From Candidatus Nealsonbacteria bacterium DGGOD1a (GTDB taxonomy: Bacteria > Patescibacteriota > Minisyncoccia > Minisyncoccales > UBA5738): a stretch of DNA of 64,000 bases. The stretch's first letter is position 1; every line of letters begins with the position of its first letter. This document shows, in pieces, positions 1 through 8,310 of this stretch. The stretch lies in assembly GCA_022530585.1 (NCBI GenBank), contig CP092821.1, positions 326,222-390,221 of the forward strand. The letters are read 5' to 3'. Position numbers and translations under genes: made by a program. The notes beneath the pieces were generated by a model. That model was not told the origin of the DNA, did no database searches, and saw nothing but the letters and a program-made list of their open reading frames with translations.

Positions 1-813
1 GGTAAAAACGATGTCCAGATAATCGCGGCGAATATCGATATCGCGTTTGCCGTTGAATCCGTTGACAGCGATTTCAGCTTGAACCGTTTTGAAAGATATT
101 TTGCCATTGCCAATGACGGCGGGATAAAAACGGCGATTATTCTTAATAAAATCGACCTGATCCCAAAGGAGGAGTTGGAAGAAAAAATGGCGCGAATAAA
201 AACGCGGTTTGGCGATGTTGATATTGTCGCGACGAGCACTCTGGCCGAAACAGGGTTGGATACATTGAAACGATATTTGGAAAAAGGGAAAACTTATTGT
301 TTCCTGGGATCGTCGGGCGTGGGGAAATCGTCTTTGATCAACAAATTGATCGGCAAGGAAATCATCGACACCAAAGAAATTGATCTCCGCACCGACCGGG
401 GCCGGCACACCACTACCAGCCGGGAAATGTATTTTTTGGAAAACGGCGCGCCCGTTGGCGAAGCTCGCCCGACGGGCGGCGGCATTGTGATCGATAATCC
501 CGGAATGAGAGAAGTGGGGATGGCGGACGCGGGCGCCGGAATTGATGATTTGTTTGGCGAAATTGCCGCGCTGGCCTTGGATTGCAAATACCCCGACTGC
601 ACCCACACCCACGAGGCCGGGTGCGCGGTGCTGGCCGCGATTGAATCCGGCAAATTGGATGAAGACAAATTCAACAATTACGCCAAACTGAAAACCGAAT
701 CGGAATTCTACGAAATGAACGAGCTCGAAAAAAGACGAAAAGACCGGCAATTCGGAAAATTCCTCAAAACCGCGAAAAAGCAGTTAAAGGCGCAAGGCCA
801 TAAAGATTATTAA
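1..813 (+). CDS. rsgA: Ribosome small-subunit-dependent GTPase A (RsgA/YjeQ), 5' end cut by window edge
   Basis: Frame is open from base 1 (GKNDVQIIAANIDIAF..). NKIDL G4 box, GSSGVGKSSLINKL P-loop, C-terminal zinc knuckle CKYPDCTHTHEAGC. Confidence 0.85.
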   Translation, partial: GKNDVQIIAANIDIAFAVESVDSDFSLNRFERYFAIANDGGIKTAIILNKIDLIPKEELEEKMARIKTRFGDVDIVATSTLAETGLDTLKRYLEKGKTYCFLGSSGVGKSSLINKLIGKEIIDTKEIDLRTDRGRHTTTSREMYFLENGAPVGEARPTGGGIVIDNPGMREVGMADAGAGIDDLFGEIAALALDCKYPDCTHTHEAGCAVLAAIESGKLDEDKFNNYAKLKTESEFYEMNELEKRRKDRQFGKFLKTAKKQLKAQGHKDY

Positions 814-853
814 AAAATTAAAAAGGATTTAGCAAATAATAACAAAAAAACAT

Positions 854-1267
854 ATGGCACAATTTAAGGAGATTTATAAGTGCGCGGTTTGCGGGAATAT
901 TGTTGAGGTTTTGCGCGCGGGCGCGGGGCAATTGGTTTGTTGCGGACAGCCCATGGAGTTGCAGGTCGCAAAAACTTCGGACGAGGGTACCGAGAAGCAC
1001 CTGCCGGCGCTGGCGGAGCTTCCGGCCAATGTTTGCAGCGGCAAGGACGGGGTAAAAATAAAGATCGGCGCGGTGGAGCATCCGATGACGCCCGAACATT
1101 ATATCGAGTGGATCGAAATTGACACTATCGACGGCAAATCAGGCAAGAAATTTTTAAAACCAGCCGACTTGCCCGAATCCGAGTTCCAGACCCGGATGAA
1201 CATCGTGGGCGCCCGCGCCTACTGCAATGTTCACGGCCTCTGGGAAATAAAAATAGCCGCTAAATAG
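854..1267 (+). CDS. dfx: Desulfoferrodoxin (2Fe superoxide reductase)
   Basis: N-terminal desulforedoxin-type CxxC-x15-CC (KCAVCGN..VCCGQPM) plus SOR centre residues EKHLP, HPMTPEHYIEW, CNVHG. Confidence 0.85.
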   Translation: MAQFKEIYKCAVCGNIVEVLRAGAGQLVCCGQPMELQVAKTSDEGTEKHLPALAELPANVCSGKDGVKIKIGAVEHPMTPEHYIEWIEIDTIDGKSGKKFLKPADLPESEFQTRMNIVGARAYCNVHGLWEIKIAAK

Positions 1268-1409
1268 TTAATTACTTTGAATTACGAAACGCTTTGCATT
1301 TGGGGTCTATCCCTCGCGCTTGTCCCGAGGCTTTTGCGAGGGATAATCGCAAGGGTTAAACCCCTTCAAGGCATTTGAATTTAATGGTTTCGTAATTCAA
1401 GATAATTAA
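1267..1409. repeat. Nested palindromic intergenic element, family A, copy 1
   Basis: Terminal inverted repeats CTTTGAATTACGAAAC (1275-1290) and GTTTCGTAATTCAAG (1387-1401) enclose the core GGGGTCTATCCCTCGCG..CGCGAGGGATAATCGCAAGGGTTAAACCCC. About 90% identical by eye to 43346-43508. Confidence 0.85.
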
Positions 1410-1457
1410 AAAGAACAAGGGTTAGACCCTTGTAACCTTTATTCTTTTTTTAAAAAT

Positions 1458-1859
1458 ATGGCAAATAAAATCGACGGGTTCGCGTATTGGGCTCCGCGAA
1501 TACTATCAATCATGTTCGTTCTGTTTTTGGCGTTGTTTTCTTTGGATGTTTTTGAACCGGGGAAAAGTTTTGCGGAAGTCGCGGCGGGGTTGTTGGTTCA
1601 TAATATACCGGTGTTGTTGTTGGCCGCGGTCGTGGCAATTTCGTGGAAGCGCGAGATCGTGGGCGGGATTACATTCATTTTGGCGGGAATATTTTATATC
1701 GTGATGGTGATGGTGGGAGCGTTAAAGAACGGTTTTGAATGGTATATGGCCTCGTGGTTTTTGACAATTTCGGCCCCGGCATTTTTAATCGGCGCGCTGT
1801 TTCTTTGGGGATGGCACAGGAAGAGGATGCAAAAAATCAATTCGTCTGATAAAAAATAG
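1458..1859 (+). CDS. Hypothetical integral membrane protein
   Basis: 133-aa ORF with several hydrophobic helices, followed by an intrinsic terminator. Confidence 0.6.
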   Translation: MANKIDGFAYWAPRILSIMFVLFLALFSLDVFEPGKSFAEVAAGLLVHNIPVLLLAAVVAISWKREIVGGITFILAGIFYIVMVMVGALKNGFEWYMASWFLTISAPAFLIGALFLWGWHRKRMQKINSSDKK

Positions 1860-1875
1860 CAAGGTTTTAAAACAA

Positions 1876-1908
1876 AAACCGTCTCAAAAATGCGAGGCGG
1901 TTTTTTTT
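1876..1908. terminator. Intrinsic terminator between convergent genes
   Basis: AAAAACCGTCTC-loop-GAGGCGGTTTTTTTT hairpin plus T-tract, with an A-tract on the other side. Confidence 0.7.
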
Positions 1909-1919
1909 GAATTTAACAA

Positions 1920-2177
1920 CTATGAAAGGTGGGCGGAAACCAGTTTGGTCATTTCAAACATATTGACCACTTTCTTGCCGCCGAACACCGCTTGCAAGCC
2001 GGCATCGGCATTGATGTTGCGTTTGTTGTTCGGGTCCTGAAGATTGTTCTTCTTAATATAGGCCCAGAGATTTTTGACGACTTCGGACCTGGGCATTGGG
2101 CCTTTGCCGACGATTACCGCTAATTCTTCACTGATGGTCATTGGCTTCATAAAAGCCGAATTCACTTTTTTTGCCAT
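1920..2177 (-). CDS. SWIB/MDM2 domain protein
   Basis: 85 aa. MKPMTISEELAVIVGKGPMPRSEVVKNLWAYIKKNNLQDPNNKR..FEMTKLVSAHL matches the SWIB fold pattern. Confidence 0.8.
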   Translation of the reverse strand: MAKKVNSAFMKPMTISEELAVIVGKGPMPRSEVVKNLWAYIKKNNLQDPNNKRNINADAGLQAVFGGKKVVNMFEMTKLVSAHLS

Positions 2178-2380
2178 AATTTTTTTTATTATTAAAATTA
2201 TTTACCTTTATAGATATATACCACAAACCGGTTCATAATGGAATAAGCCGGGCGCTATTCGGTACAAAACGGATAATTTCGGACGGATTCGGGCATCGGG
2301 CATGAGAATTGATTTTGGAAGCGGACAAAGATAGAAGACAAAGGTAGAAGTTTTTATTACGCGTGTTTTAATGGTATATT

Positions 2381-2542
2381 GAGAGCGTGGAAAAACTATA
2401 TTTCAACTGCAATTTCCATCTTTCGGCCGCGAAAAATTCGTCGGTCGGCGGCAGACTTTAAGCCAAGTATGCCTTCTCCTTCCTTATTTTTCTCGCTCGA
2501 AATCTGAAAATTTCGTTCTGAAAATAGTTTTTCCACGCTCTC
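2381..2542. repeat. 19-bp perfect inverted repeat pair (GAGAGCGTGGAAAAACTAT / ATAGTTTTTCCACGCTCTC) enclosing 124 nt
   Basis: Arms at 2381-2399 and 2524-2542. The element ends 11 nt before the ATG at 2554. A related compact palindrome is at 24395-24423. Confidence 0.8.
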
Positions 2543-2553
2543 ATATTGATTTT

Positions 2554-3519
2554 ATGATTTTGAATAAAAGAATTGGCGTATCGTTTTTGCTGAGCGCGGC
2601 AATCTTCGCGGTCGCTGGCGCGGCAATCGCGTTTTTGGCGTCGCAGAATTATTTTCTGCGGGAGAACCGAAAATTGCTTGAAAACGAAATTTCGCAAACT
2701 TCGCGCGGGTTTGCCGCGACAATCAAAAATTTGAATTCCGAAATCAACAGTTCGGAAGCGGAATTGGCGTTGACAAAACAGAATTTGGCAATCACGGTTG
2801 CCCAGCGCGATAATATCGGCATGCAATACAATGATGCCGTGGACAAATACAACCAGGAAAAGATCCGGGTGGACACCCTCAACTCGCAAGTCGGCGAGAT
2901 TCGGGGATCGGTGGACGCTTTGGAAAAATTAAAAGCCATCGACGAAGAACTTCTTAAGAAATATTCAAAAGTTTATTTTTTGAATGAAAACTATATTCCC
3001 GAATCGTTTTCGGCGATTGATCCGGAATACGGCTATAATTCCAACGCCGATTATCTGGTTTATTCCAAGATTTGGCCGTTTCTGAAAGTTCTGCTGTCAA
3101 CGGCGCGCGCCGACAATGTCGATATAAAAATAGTTTCGGCTTATCGTTCGTTCGGCGAGCAGAGCAGTCTGAAGTCGTCGTACAAAATAACTTATGGCGC
3201 CGGGGCGAATAAGTTTTCGGCCGACCAGGGATATTCCGAACACCAGTTGGGCACCACGGTCGATTTCACCACGCCGGAGATCGGCGCGAGTTTTTCCGGT
3301 TTTGAAAAAAGCGATGCCTACGAATGGTTGCGGCAGAACGCTCACCAGTATGGCTTCGCGCTTTCCTATCCCGAGGACAACGATTATTACCAGTTTGAAC
3401 CGTGGCACTGGCGGTTCGTGGGACGGGCGCTGGCGCAAAAATTGCACGACGAAAACAAAAATTTTTACGATCTTGATCAGCGCGAAATCGACCAGTACAG
3501 GATTTCATTTTTTGATTAG
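2554..3519 (+). CDS. M15-family D-alanyl-D-alanine carboxypeptidase (VanY-like) with N-terminal TM anchor and coiled coil
   Basis: SAYRSFGEQ, SEHQLGTTVDF and EPWHWRFVG zinc-peptidase motifs; N-terminal hydrophobic helix. Confidence 0.8.
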   Translation: MILNKRIGVSFLLSAAIFAVAGAAIAFLASQNYFLRENRKLLENEISQTSRGFAATIKNLNSEINSSEAELALTKQNLAITVAQRDNIGMQYNDAVDKYNQEKIRVDTLNSQVGEIRGSVDALEKLKAIDEELLKKYSKVYFLNENYIPESFSAIDPEYGYNSNADYLVYSKIWPFLKVLLSTARADNVDIKIVSAYRSFGEQSSLKSSYKITYGAGANKFSADQGYSEHQLGTTVDFTTPEIGASFSGFEKSDAYEWLRQNAHQYGFALSYPEDNDYYQFEPWHWRFVGRALAQKLHDENKNFYDLDQREIDQYRISFFD

Positions 3520-3689
3520 CGGTCGGCAAACAACGATGGTTGTTTGCGGAATGGATGCCGTCGGTTGTAAATTGCCGCGCCATAGCCATTTGGCAAAAAA
3601 CCGAATATGGTGTATAGTGGGATAACGAGGATGATAAGCAACAAAACAGTCGATTTTCCCGTTGTTATTAATTTAAACAAAACAAAAAA

Positions 3690-3887
3690 ATGGAAGGTAC
3701 AATCAAAACACTTACGGAAAGAGGATTTGGCTTCATTTCCCGCGAAGGGGAAGCCAAAGACTTGTTTTTCCACTCCAAGGAATTGAAGGGCGTTACCTAC
3801 GATGAATTGAAAGTTGGCGACACCGTCTCTTTCGAGGTAATTGATGGCGATAAAGGCCCCGCGGCAGTGAATGTTTCCCGCGTCTAA
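3690..3887 (+). CDS. csp: Cold-shock domain protein
   Basis: 65 aa. RGFGFI (RNP1-like) and LFFH (RNP2-like) motifs. About 170 nt of non-coding leader lies upstream. Confidence 0.9.
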   Translation: MEGTIKTLTERGFGFISREGEAKDLFFHSKELKGVTYDELKVGDTVSFEVIDGDKGPAAVNVSRV

Positions 3888-3902
3888 TCATGAGACTTCA
3901 AA

Positions 3903-3934
3903 AGCGCTCCGATATTTTTCGGAGCGTTTTTTTG
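3903..3934 (+). terminator. Intrinsic terminator after csp
   Basis: GCGCTCCGA-loop-TCGGAGCGTTTTTTT. Confidence 0.8.
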
Positions 3935-3968
3935 TTGCTTTTCCGGCTTAATAGTGTAGTGTGGAGAT

Positions 3969-4169
3969 ATGACCCGGCAAGAGATGTTTTTATCAGAGCA
4001 TAACAAGTTGTCGCCGTTGAACCTGCGGGCAACGATTGCGTTGTTGGTGCGCTTCAAGGAAGAGAAACCGTCGCTTTTTGAAGACGGCGAGGATTGGCCG
4101 TTGGACAAATTGCGCCGGCCGTTCATAATGTGGCTCACATCTTTGCCGATCCGAAACCGCAAAAGTTAA
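3969..4169 (+). CDS. Hypothetical small protein (66 aa)
   Basis: GGAGA Shine-Dalgarno 4 nt upstream of the ATG. No recognisable motif. Confidence 0.4.
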   Translation: MTRQEMFLSEHNKLSPLNLRATIALLVRFKEEKPSLFEDGEDWPLDKLRRPFIMWLTSLPIRNRKS

Positions 4170-4178
4170 TATTATCTT

Positions 4179-4320
4179 AAATTGTGAAACCGGTATTTTC
4201 CGATAGCGCTCATACAATTTTTTCGTTATTGCCTTGCCAAATGCGCGGTGAAGCAAAGTTTGTAATTTTGGCAATAACGAAAAAAATGTAAATTATCGGA
4301 AAATACCGGTTTCACAATTT
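4179..4320. repeat. Long nested hairpin (27-bp perfect arms)
   Basis: AAATTGTGAAACCGGTATTTTCCGATA (4179-4205) pairs with its exact reverse complement at 4294-4320. Inner arms are TTTTTTCGTTATTGCC and GGCAATAACGAAAAAA. Confidence 0.85.
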
Positions 4321-4336
4321 AATTGAATTGTAAGCT

Positions 4337-4435
4337 ATGAAAAATTCGCACAACCCCAACAAGAACAAAAATAAAACCGCGCATCGCCGGCTGGTCAAAA
4401 AGCACCGCCCCAAAAAAGGAAACAGCCGAAAATAG
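4337..4435 (+). CDS. Possible 32-aa highly basic micro-protein
   Basis: MKNSHNPNKNKNKTAHRRLVKKHRPKKGNSRK (13 K/R of 32). Followed by the terminator AAATCGCC-CAAGC-GGCGATTTTTT (4443-4468). Below the ORF-track size cutoff. Confidence 0.3.
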   Translation: MKNSHNPNKNKNKTAHRRLVKKHRPKKGNSRK

Positions 4436-4584
4436 TTTTTCAAAAATCGCCCAAGCGGCGATTTTTTGGCGGAACAATTCGGGAGCGTTTAAAAAATTAT
4501 ATAAATTCAGCCATAGCTAAAATTATAGAATCGCGGAAAGGCGGCAGTTTGCATATATTCCATTTGAAATATATTTCGTTTTGG

Positions 4585-5106
4585 TTATTTGCATTTGGCC
4601 AGGATTCTGTTGATGAACTTGGTTTTGGCGCGGTAATATTTTTGAGTGCTCAAGCCGGCCGCGGCTTCTTTTATTTTTTCATATGCATTTAGTGCTTTGG
4701 GGTGGGTTTTTAGATGTTCTTCAAATTCCAATAAATTCGTCCAGTCGGCGCATTCCTCATTCACCACAATGATCTCCGCTTTTGTCTCTTTGATACAAAT
4801 TACGAAACGCGCCCTTCGCAAAGGATATAAACTACCCGGCTTGCCAAAGGCCCTTTCCATTTTTTTGATTGTTGTGTCAAAATCAGCCGGAGATACGGGA
4901 ATATCAATATCGATCTCGCCTTGCCCGGAAATTCCAAAGCTGACCGCGCCGTGAAGCTCTATTTTTGCGCCTTTTCCCAGTGTTTTCTTAATCATTTGTT
5001 TAATGAGGCTAAATTTGTCCAGTGAAGTTGGATCGTAAGGATGAATTTCAATTGAATTGCCATCCGGCAAATGCGCCAACCATTTTTCTTGTTCAGATGT
5101 GATCAT
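4585..5106 (-). CDS. GrpB/nucleotidyltransferase-fold protein (UPF0157-like)
   Basis: 173 aa. HGAVSFGISGQGEIDIDI resembles the GrpB HxGSTSVPGL..DIDI nucleotidyltransferase motif. Confidence 0.55.
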   Translation of the reverse strand: MITSEQEKWLAHLPDGNSIEIHPYDPTSLDKFSLIKQMIKKTLGKGAKIELHGAVSFGISGQGEIDIDIPVSPADFDTTIKKMERAFGKPGSLYPLRRARFVICIKETKAEIIVVNEECADWTNLLEFEEHLKTHPKALNAYEKIKEAAAGLSTQKYYRAKTKFINRILAKCK

Positions 5107-5299
5107 AATTTTTTTGCTTATCGTGATATTGTATCATATTTCATTTGTTTTTTGACAGCCAAGCCCGGGTGAAATAGCAGGCCGAGTGAAATCTCATATA
5201 TTCCATTTGGAATATATGAGGGCGGCATTATACTGTTTCTTGATTGATTTTTGGCGTAAAAACGGATAGATTGTAATTATTGACGAGGTAAAAACTAAA

Positions 5300-5782
5300 A
5301 TGGGCAAATTTAATTTCAATCAAGGTGATTTTAACAAGATAAAGGATGAAGCAGAAAAATTTTACGGTTCAATCGGGGAAATTTATTGTCCCTATTTTCA
5401 AGAAAAAATTGTTTTTAATTCAAAGGGATTAAAGCATCTTAAATTCAAAGCCGATCAACAGGCACGGCCGGCAAAAGACCAATATGCGAGATTAAAACTT
5501 TTGTGTTTGGTTCCCGAAGTATTAAAAAAATCCCATACTATTCAAGGGATATGGAAAATCAAAAGATTTGAAGAACAAAAAACGAGTGGCGGATGGAAGC
5601 ACATTTTAAGGGAGGTGGTTTATTATGAATTTGTAGCGGTTGTCTCCTCGGTTAGATTAAAAATAGTCGTCAAGGAGGTAATTGGCGGCGAAAAACATTT
5701 TTGGAGCGTTATCCCTTTTTGGGGCGTTGATAAGAAAAACAGTAAAAGGATTTTGCACAGCGGCAGTCTTGATCCCGATTAA
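5300..5782 (+). CDS. Hypothetical protein
   Basis: 160-aa ORF, AT-rich, no motif recognised. Hairpin ATACCGCGGACGCGGTAT lies downstream. Confidence 0.5.
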   Translation: MGKFNFNQGDFNKIKDEAEKFYGSIGEIYCPYFQEKIVFNSKGLKHLKFKADQQARPAKDQYARLKLLCLVPEVLKKSHTIQGIWKIKRFEEQKTSGGWKHILREVVYYEFVAVVSSVRLKIVVKEVIGGEKHFWSVIPFWGVDKKNSKRILHSGSLDPD

Positions 5783-5989
5783 ACTAAAAATACCGCGGAC
5801 GCGGTATGCTTTAGTGACGCTTGGTTACAGCTTGGATAGCCGTGACAGGGCCAAGGCCCTCCAAACGTCAATTTAAGCATATGATAAAATCGGACATTGT
5901 CAAGCTTGCTTGAGCATTGAACGATGCCATCTATGGCGTTATAGAGCGGGTTTGATATAATCTAATCAATAATAAAATAACCAAAAACT

Positions 5990-6973
5990 ATGGAAAACAC
6001 AAATGTTTCCAATGTCCCCAAGGAGACGGCCAAGGATGCGTTTTTGCATCTTTTGTCGGCGGCGATGATCTATTTGAGCGTGATCGCGTTCATCACTTTG
6101 TGGTGGCAGATCATCAATTTTCTGGTGCCCGACAAATTGAATCCCCAAGGCATCGGCAGCGGCATATATATGACGCTGATTTGGGCGACATCGGCGATCG
6201 TGGTGGCGTTTCCGGTGCATGTTTTGGTTTCCTGGATAATCGGCAAGGATCTGCGGGCCAATCCGGCCAAGCGCGAAGCCGGGGTGCGCAAATGGCTGTG
6301 GTATATCACTTTGTTTGTTTCGGCGCTGACCATGGTGATCGATCTGGTTTCATTGATCTTTAATTTTTTGCGGGGCGATCTGACCATGCAATTTTTCTTG
6401 AAATCGACGGTTATCCTGATCGTTGCCGCCGCGGTGTTCGGTTATTTTTTGTGGGATTTGAAAAAGAAAGACAAGGCGACCGATATGCCCAAAAAGATCG
6501 CCTGGATTACGGCGGCCGTGATCGCGGCCAGCATTATTTTCGGTTTTTCCTTGATGGGGTCGCCGGCAAACCAGCGCGATCTGCGGTTCGACGAGCAGCG
6601 AACGGGCAATTTGCAGGAAATACAAAACAACGCGGCCGATTATTGGCAGCAAAAAAAGGTTTTGGCCAAGGACTTGAATGAATTGAGCGTGACCGGCTAT
6701 GGCATGCCCAAAGATCCGGAAACCGGAAAACAATACGAATACGCGGTTACCGGAGAGCTTTCGTTCCGGATCTGCGCGGATTTCAAAACGGTTTTGAGCG
6801 CGGAATCGGTTGGCAAGAATACGCCCTATTATTACGGGACGCGGGCCGGGTTGATGACGGTGCCCCAATATTGGGTTCACGGCGCCGAACGCACCTGTTT
6901 TGACACCACTATCGATCCGGCTTTTTTCAAGACCGAATCCGATATCAAAGCGCAGAACATGCTGGCACCGTAA
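5990..6973 (+). CDS. Membrane protein (DUF5671-like N-terminal TM domain, from memory) with extracytoplasmic C-terminal domain
   Basis: 327 aa, about 5 TM helices. An extended -10 TGATATAAT is about 30 nt upstream. Confidence 0.6.
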   Translation: MENTNVSNVPKETAKDAFLHLLSAAMIYLSVIAFITLWWQIINFLVPDKLNPQGIGSGIYMTLIWATSAIVVAFPVHVLVSWIIGKDLRANPAKREAGVRKWLWYITLFVSALTMVIDLVSLIFNFLRGDLTMQFFLKSTVILIVAAAVFGYFLWDLKKKDKATDMPKKIAWITAAVIAASIIFGFSLMGSPANQRDLRFDEQRTGNLQEIQNNAADYWQQKKVLAKDLNELSVTGYGMPKDPETGKQYEYAVTGELSFRICADFKTVLSAESVGKNTPYYYGTRAGLMTVPQYWVHGAERTCFDTTIDPAFFKTESDIKAQNMLAP

Positions 6974-6985
6974 TGCGAATTTTTC

Positions 6986-7019
6986 AAAAAACCGCGGCAT
7001 AAAATGCCGCGGTTTTTTG
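6986..7019. terminator. Bidirectional intrinsic terminator
   Basis: AAAAAACCGCGGCAT-AAA-ATGCCGCGGTTTTTT between convergent genes. Confidence 0.8.
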
Positions 7020-7026
7020 TTTGGCG

Positions 7027-8127
7027 TTACTGCCGGCAATTGGCGATATCGGCCAAGCATCCGGAATTGTCGTAACCCGCCGGATCGAAATTGGGCAGAT
7101 TGTTTTTCCGGCATTGCAGGATTTTGTCCAAAACTTTTTGGCTCACCAAACACTCCGGGTTTTGCATTCTTGCGATTGTTGCGGCGGCGATTTCGGCTTG
7201 CGTCATGCATTTGTATTCCGTAACGCATCCTTGTTGATCGAAGTTGGTTTCAATCTGGCCGCCGCGCAAATTACAGGCGGTGCGTTCCGATTGCGCGGGT
7301 TGAATGATATTTTCGCACGCGACCGGCGCCAAGCATTGCGGTATCCAGGCGATTTTGGATTTTTCATTGGCGAAATTTTTAAGCGTCCAGCCCGGTCCTT
7401 GCGCGTTTTCAAAGGCCATAGAAACAACAAAAGGCAAGTTGATGTCGCCGATTTTTCGCGCCACGCAAACATTGAAAAACCCGTCGGTGTCGGTTGATTT
7501 CACCACCATCTTAAATTTTTTGCAGGGAACCGCGCCGGTATCGTCGTTTTCTTGCGGGATGATGGAATAATCGCCCGTGGATTGTCCCGTGAAAACATTT
7601 TTCAACAATATCGGCGAAGTTGTTTCCCAGTATTCTCTATCGTTAAAATTTTTACCGGCATAAGCAAACAGCCTGTTGAGCGTTAACGGCAAATCCAAAT
7701 CGTTGTATTTTGACACGGCATCGTCAAAAGCCATGCCGGTTTCGTTGACCCAGGTACTGACGGCCATTTGGCCATTATCGGCATAGATTGTGAATTTGGC
7801 GTATTGCGTTTGCGAATTTTTATCGTTCGGTCGGATTTCCATCAATCCCAAATAAGCCGGCCGGTTGTCGCATGTGGTTTTGTTTTCTATGTAATAAGAA
7901 ATCGTGTTGCTTTGGCCCGGACCAAAATTGCTGATGGCGTAATCAAGCCGCAAGGGAGTGATGGATTCTTCGGCGGGTTTGGTTTCCGCGTCTTCTTTCT
8001 TTTGTTCGGATTGCCGCAAAATCGGGGCGGGGATTGTTTTTTCATTTTGAAAGTAGAAAAACAAACCGCCGCTTATCGCCAGAACGAGGATAACAACGCT
8101 GCCCAGAACCATTGTTTTTTGTTTCAT
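7027..8127 (-). CDS. Hypothetical secreted/anchored protein, Cys-rich C-terminus
   Basis: 366 aa. N-terminal TM/signal MKQKTMVLGSVVILVLAISGGLFFYF. Confidence 0.6.
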   Translation of the reverse strand: MKQKTMVLGSVVILVLAISGGLFFYFQNEKTIPAPILRQSEQKKEDAETKPAEESITPLRLDYAISNFGPGQSNTISYYIENKTTCDNRPAYLGLMEIRPNDKNSQTQYAKFTIYADNGQMAVSTWVNETGMAFDDAVSKYNDLDLPLTLNRLFAYAGKNFNDREYWETTSPILLKNVFTGQSTGDYSIIPQENDDTGAVPCKKFKMVVKSTDTDGFFNVCVARKIGDINLPFVVSMAFENAQGPGWTLKNFANEKSKIAWIPQCLAPVACENIIQPAQSERTACNLRGGQIETNFDQQGCVTEYKCMTQAEIAAATIARMQNPECLVSQKVLDKILQCRKNNLPNFDPAGYDNSGCLADIANCRQ

Positions 8128-8180
8128 ATATTTTATTTTACAATCCCAATTTTATTATATCATCTTTGTATTTGTATTTA

Positions 8181-8310
8181 AGGGTCTATCTCCTGTTGCC
8201 TGTCCCGAGTATTTCCGAGGGATAATCAACAAGGGTTAGACCCTTGTAAGAAGAATCCGGGGTGAATTTCAAGGGACTATCCCTCGTATTAACGAGGGAT
8301 AGACCCTTGA
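8181..8310. repeat. Palindromic intergenic element, family A (two tandem hairpin modules)
   Basis: AGGGTCTATCTCC..GTTGCCTGTCCCGAG..CCGAGGGATAATCAACAAGGGTTAGACCCTTG, then GGGACTATCCCTCGTATTAACGAGGGATAGACCC (8273-8306). Confidence 0.8.

Noticed and set aside
6350-7228. Long antisense or out-of-frame ORFs inside better-supported genes (e.g. 294..677-, 6350..7228-, 12902..13837+, 16614..17210-, 20068..20601+, 22510..23166+, 31551..32447-, 38686..39222-, 44054..44683-)
   Set aside because: They are shadow ORFs opposite or overlapping genes with clear family motifs. They are Arg/Gly/Pro-rich or low-complexity translations with no motifs and no RBS.
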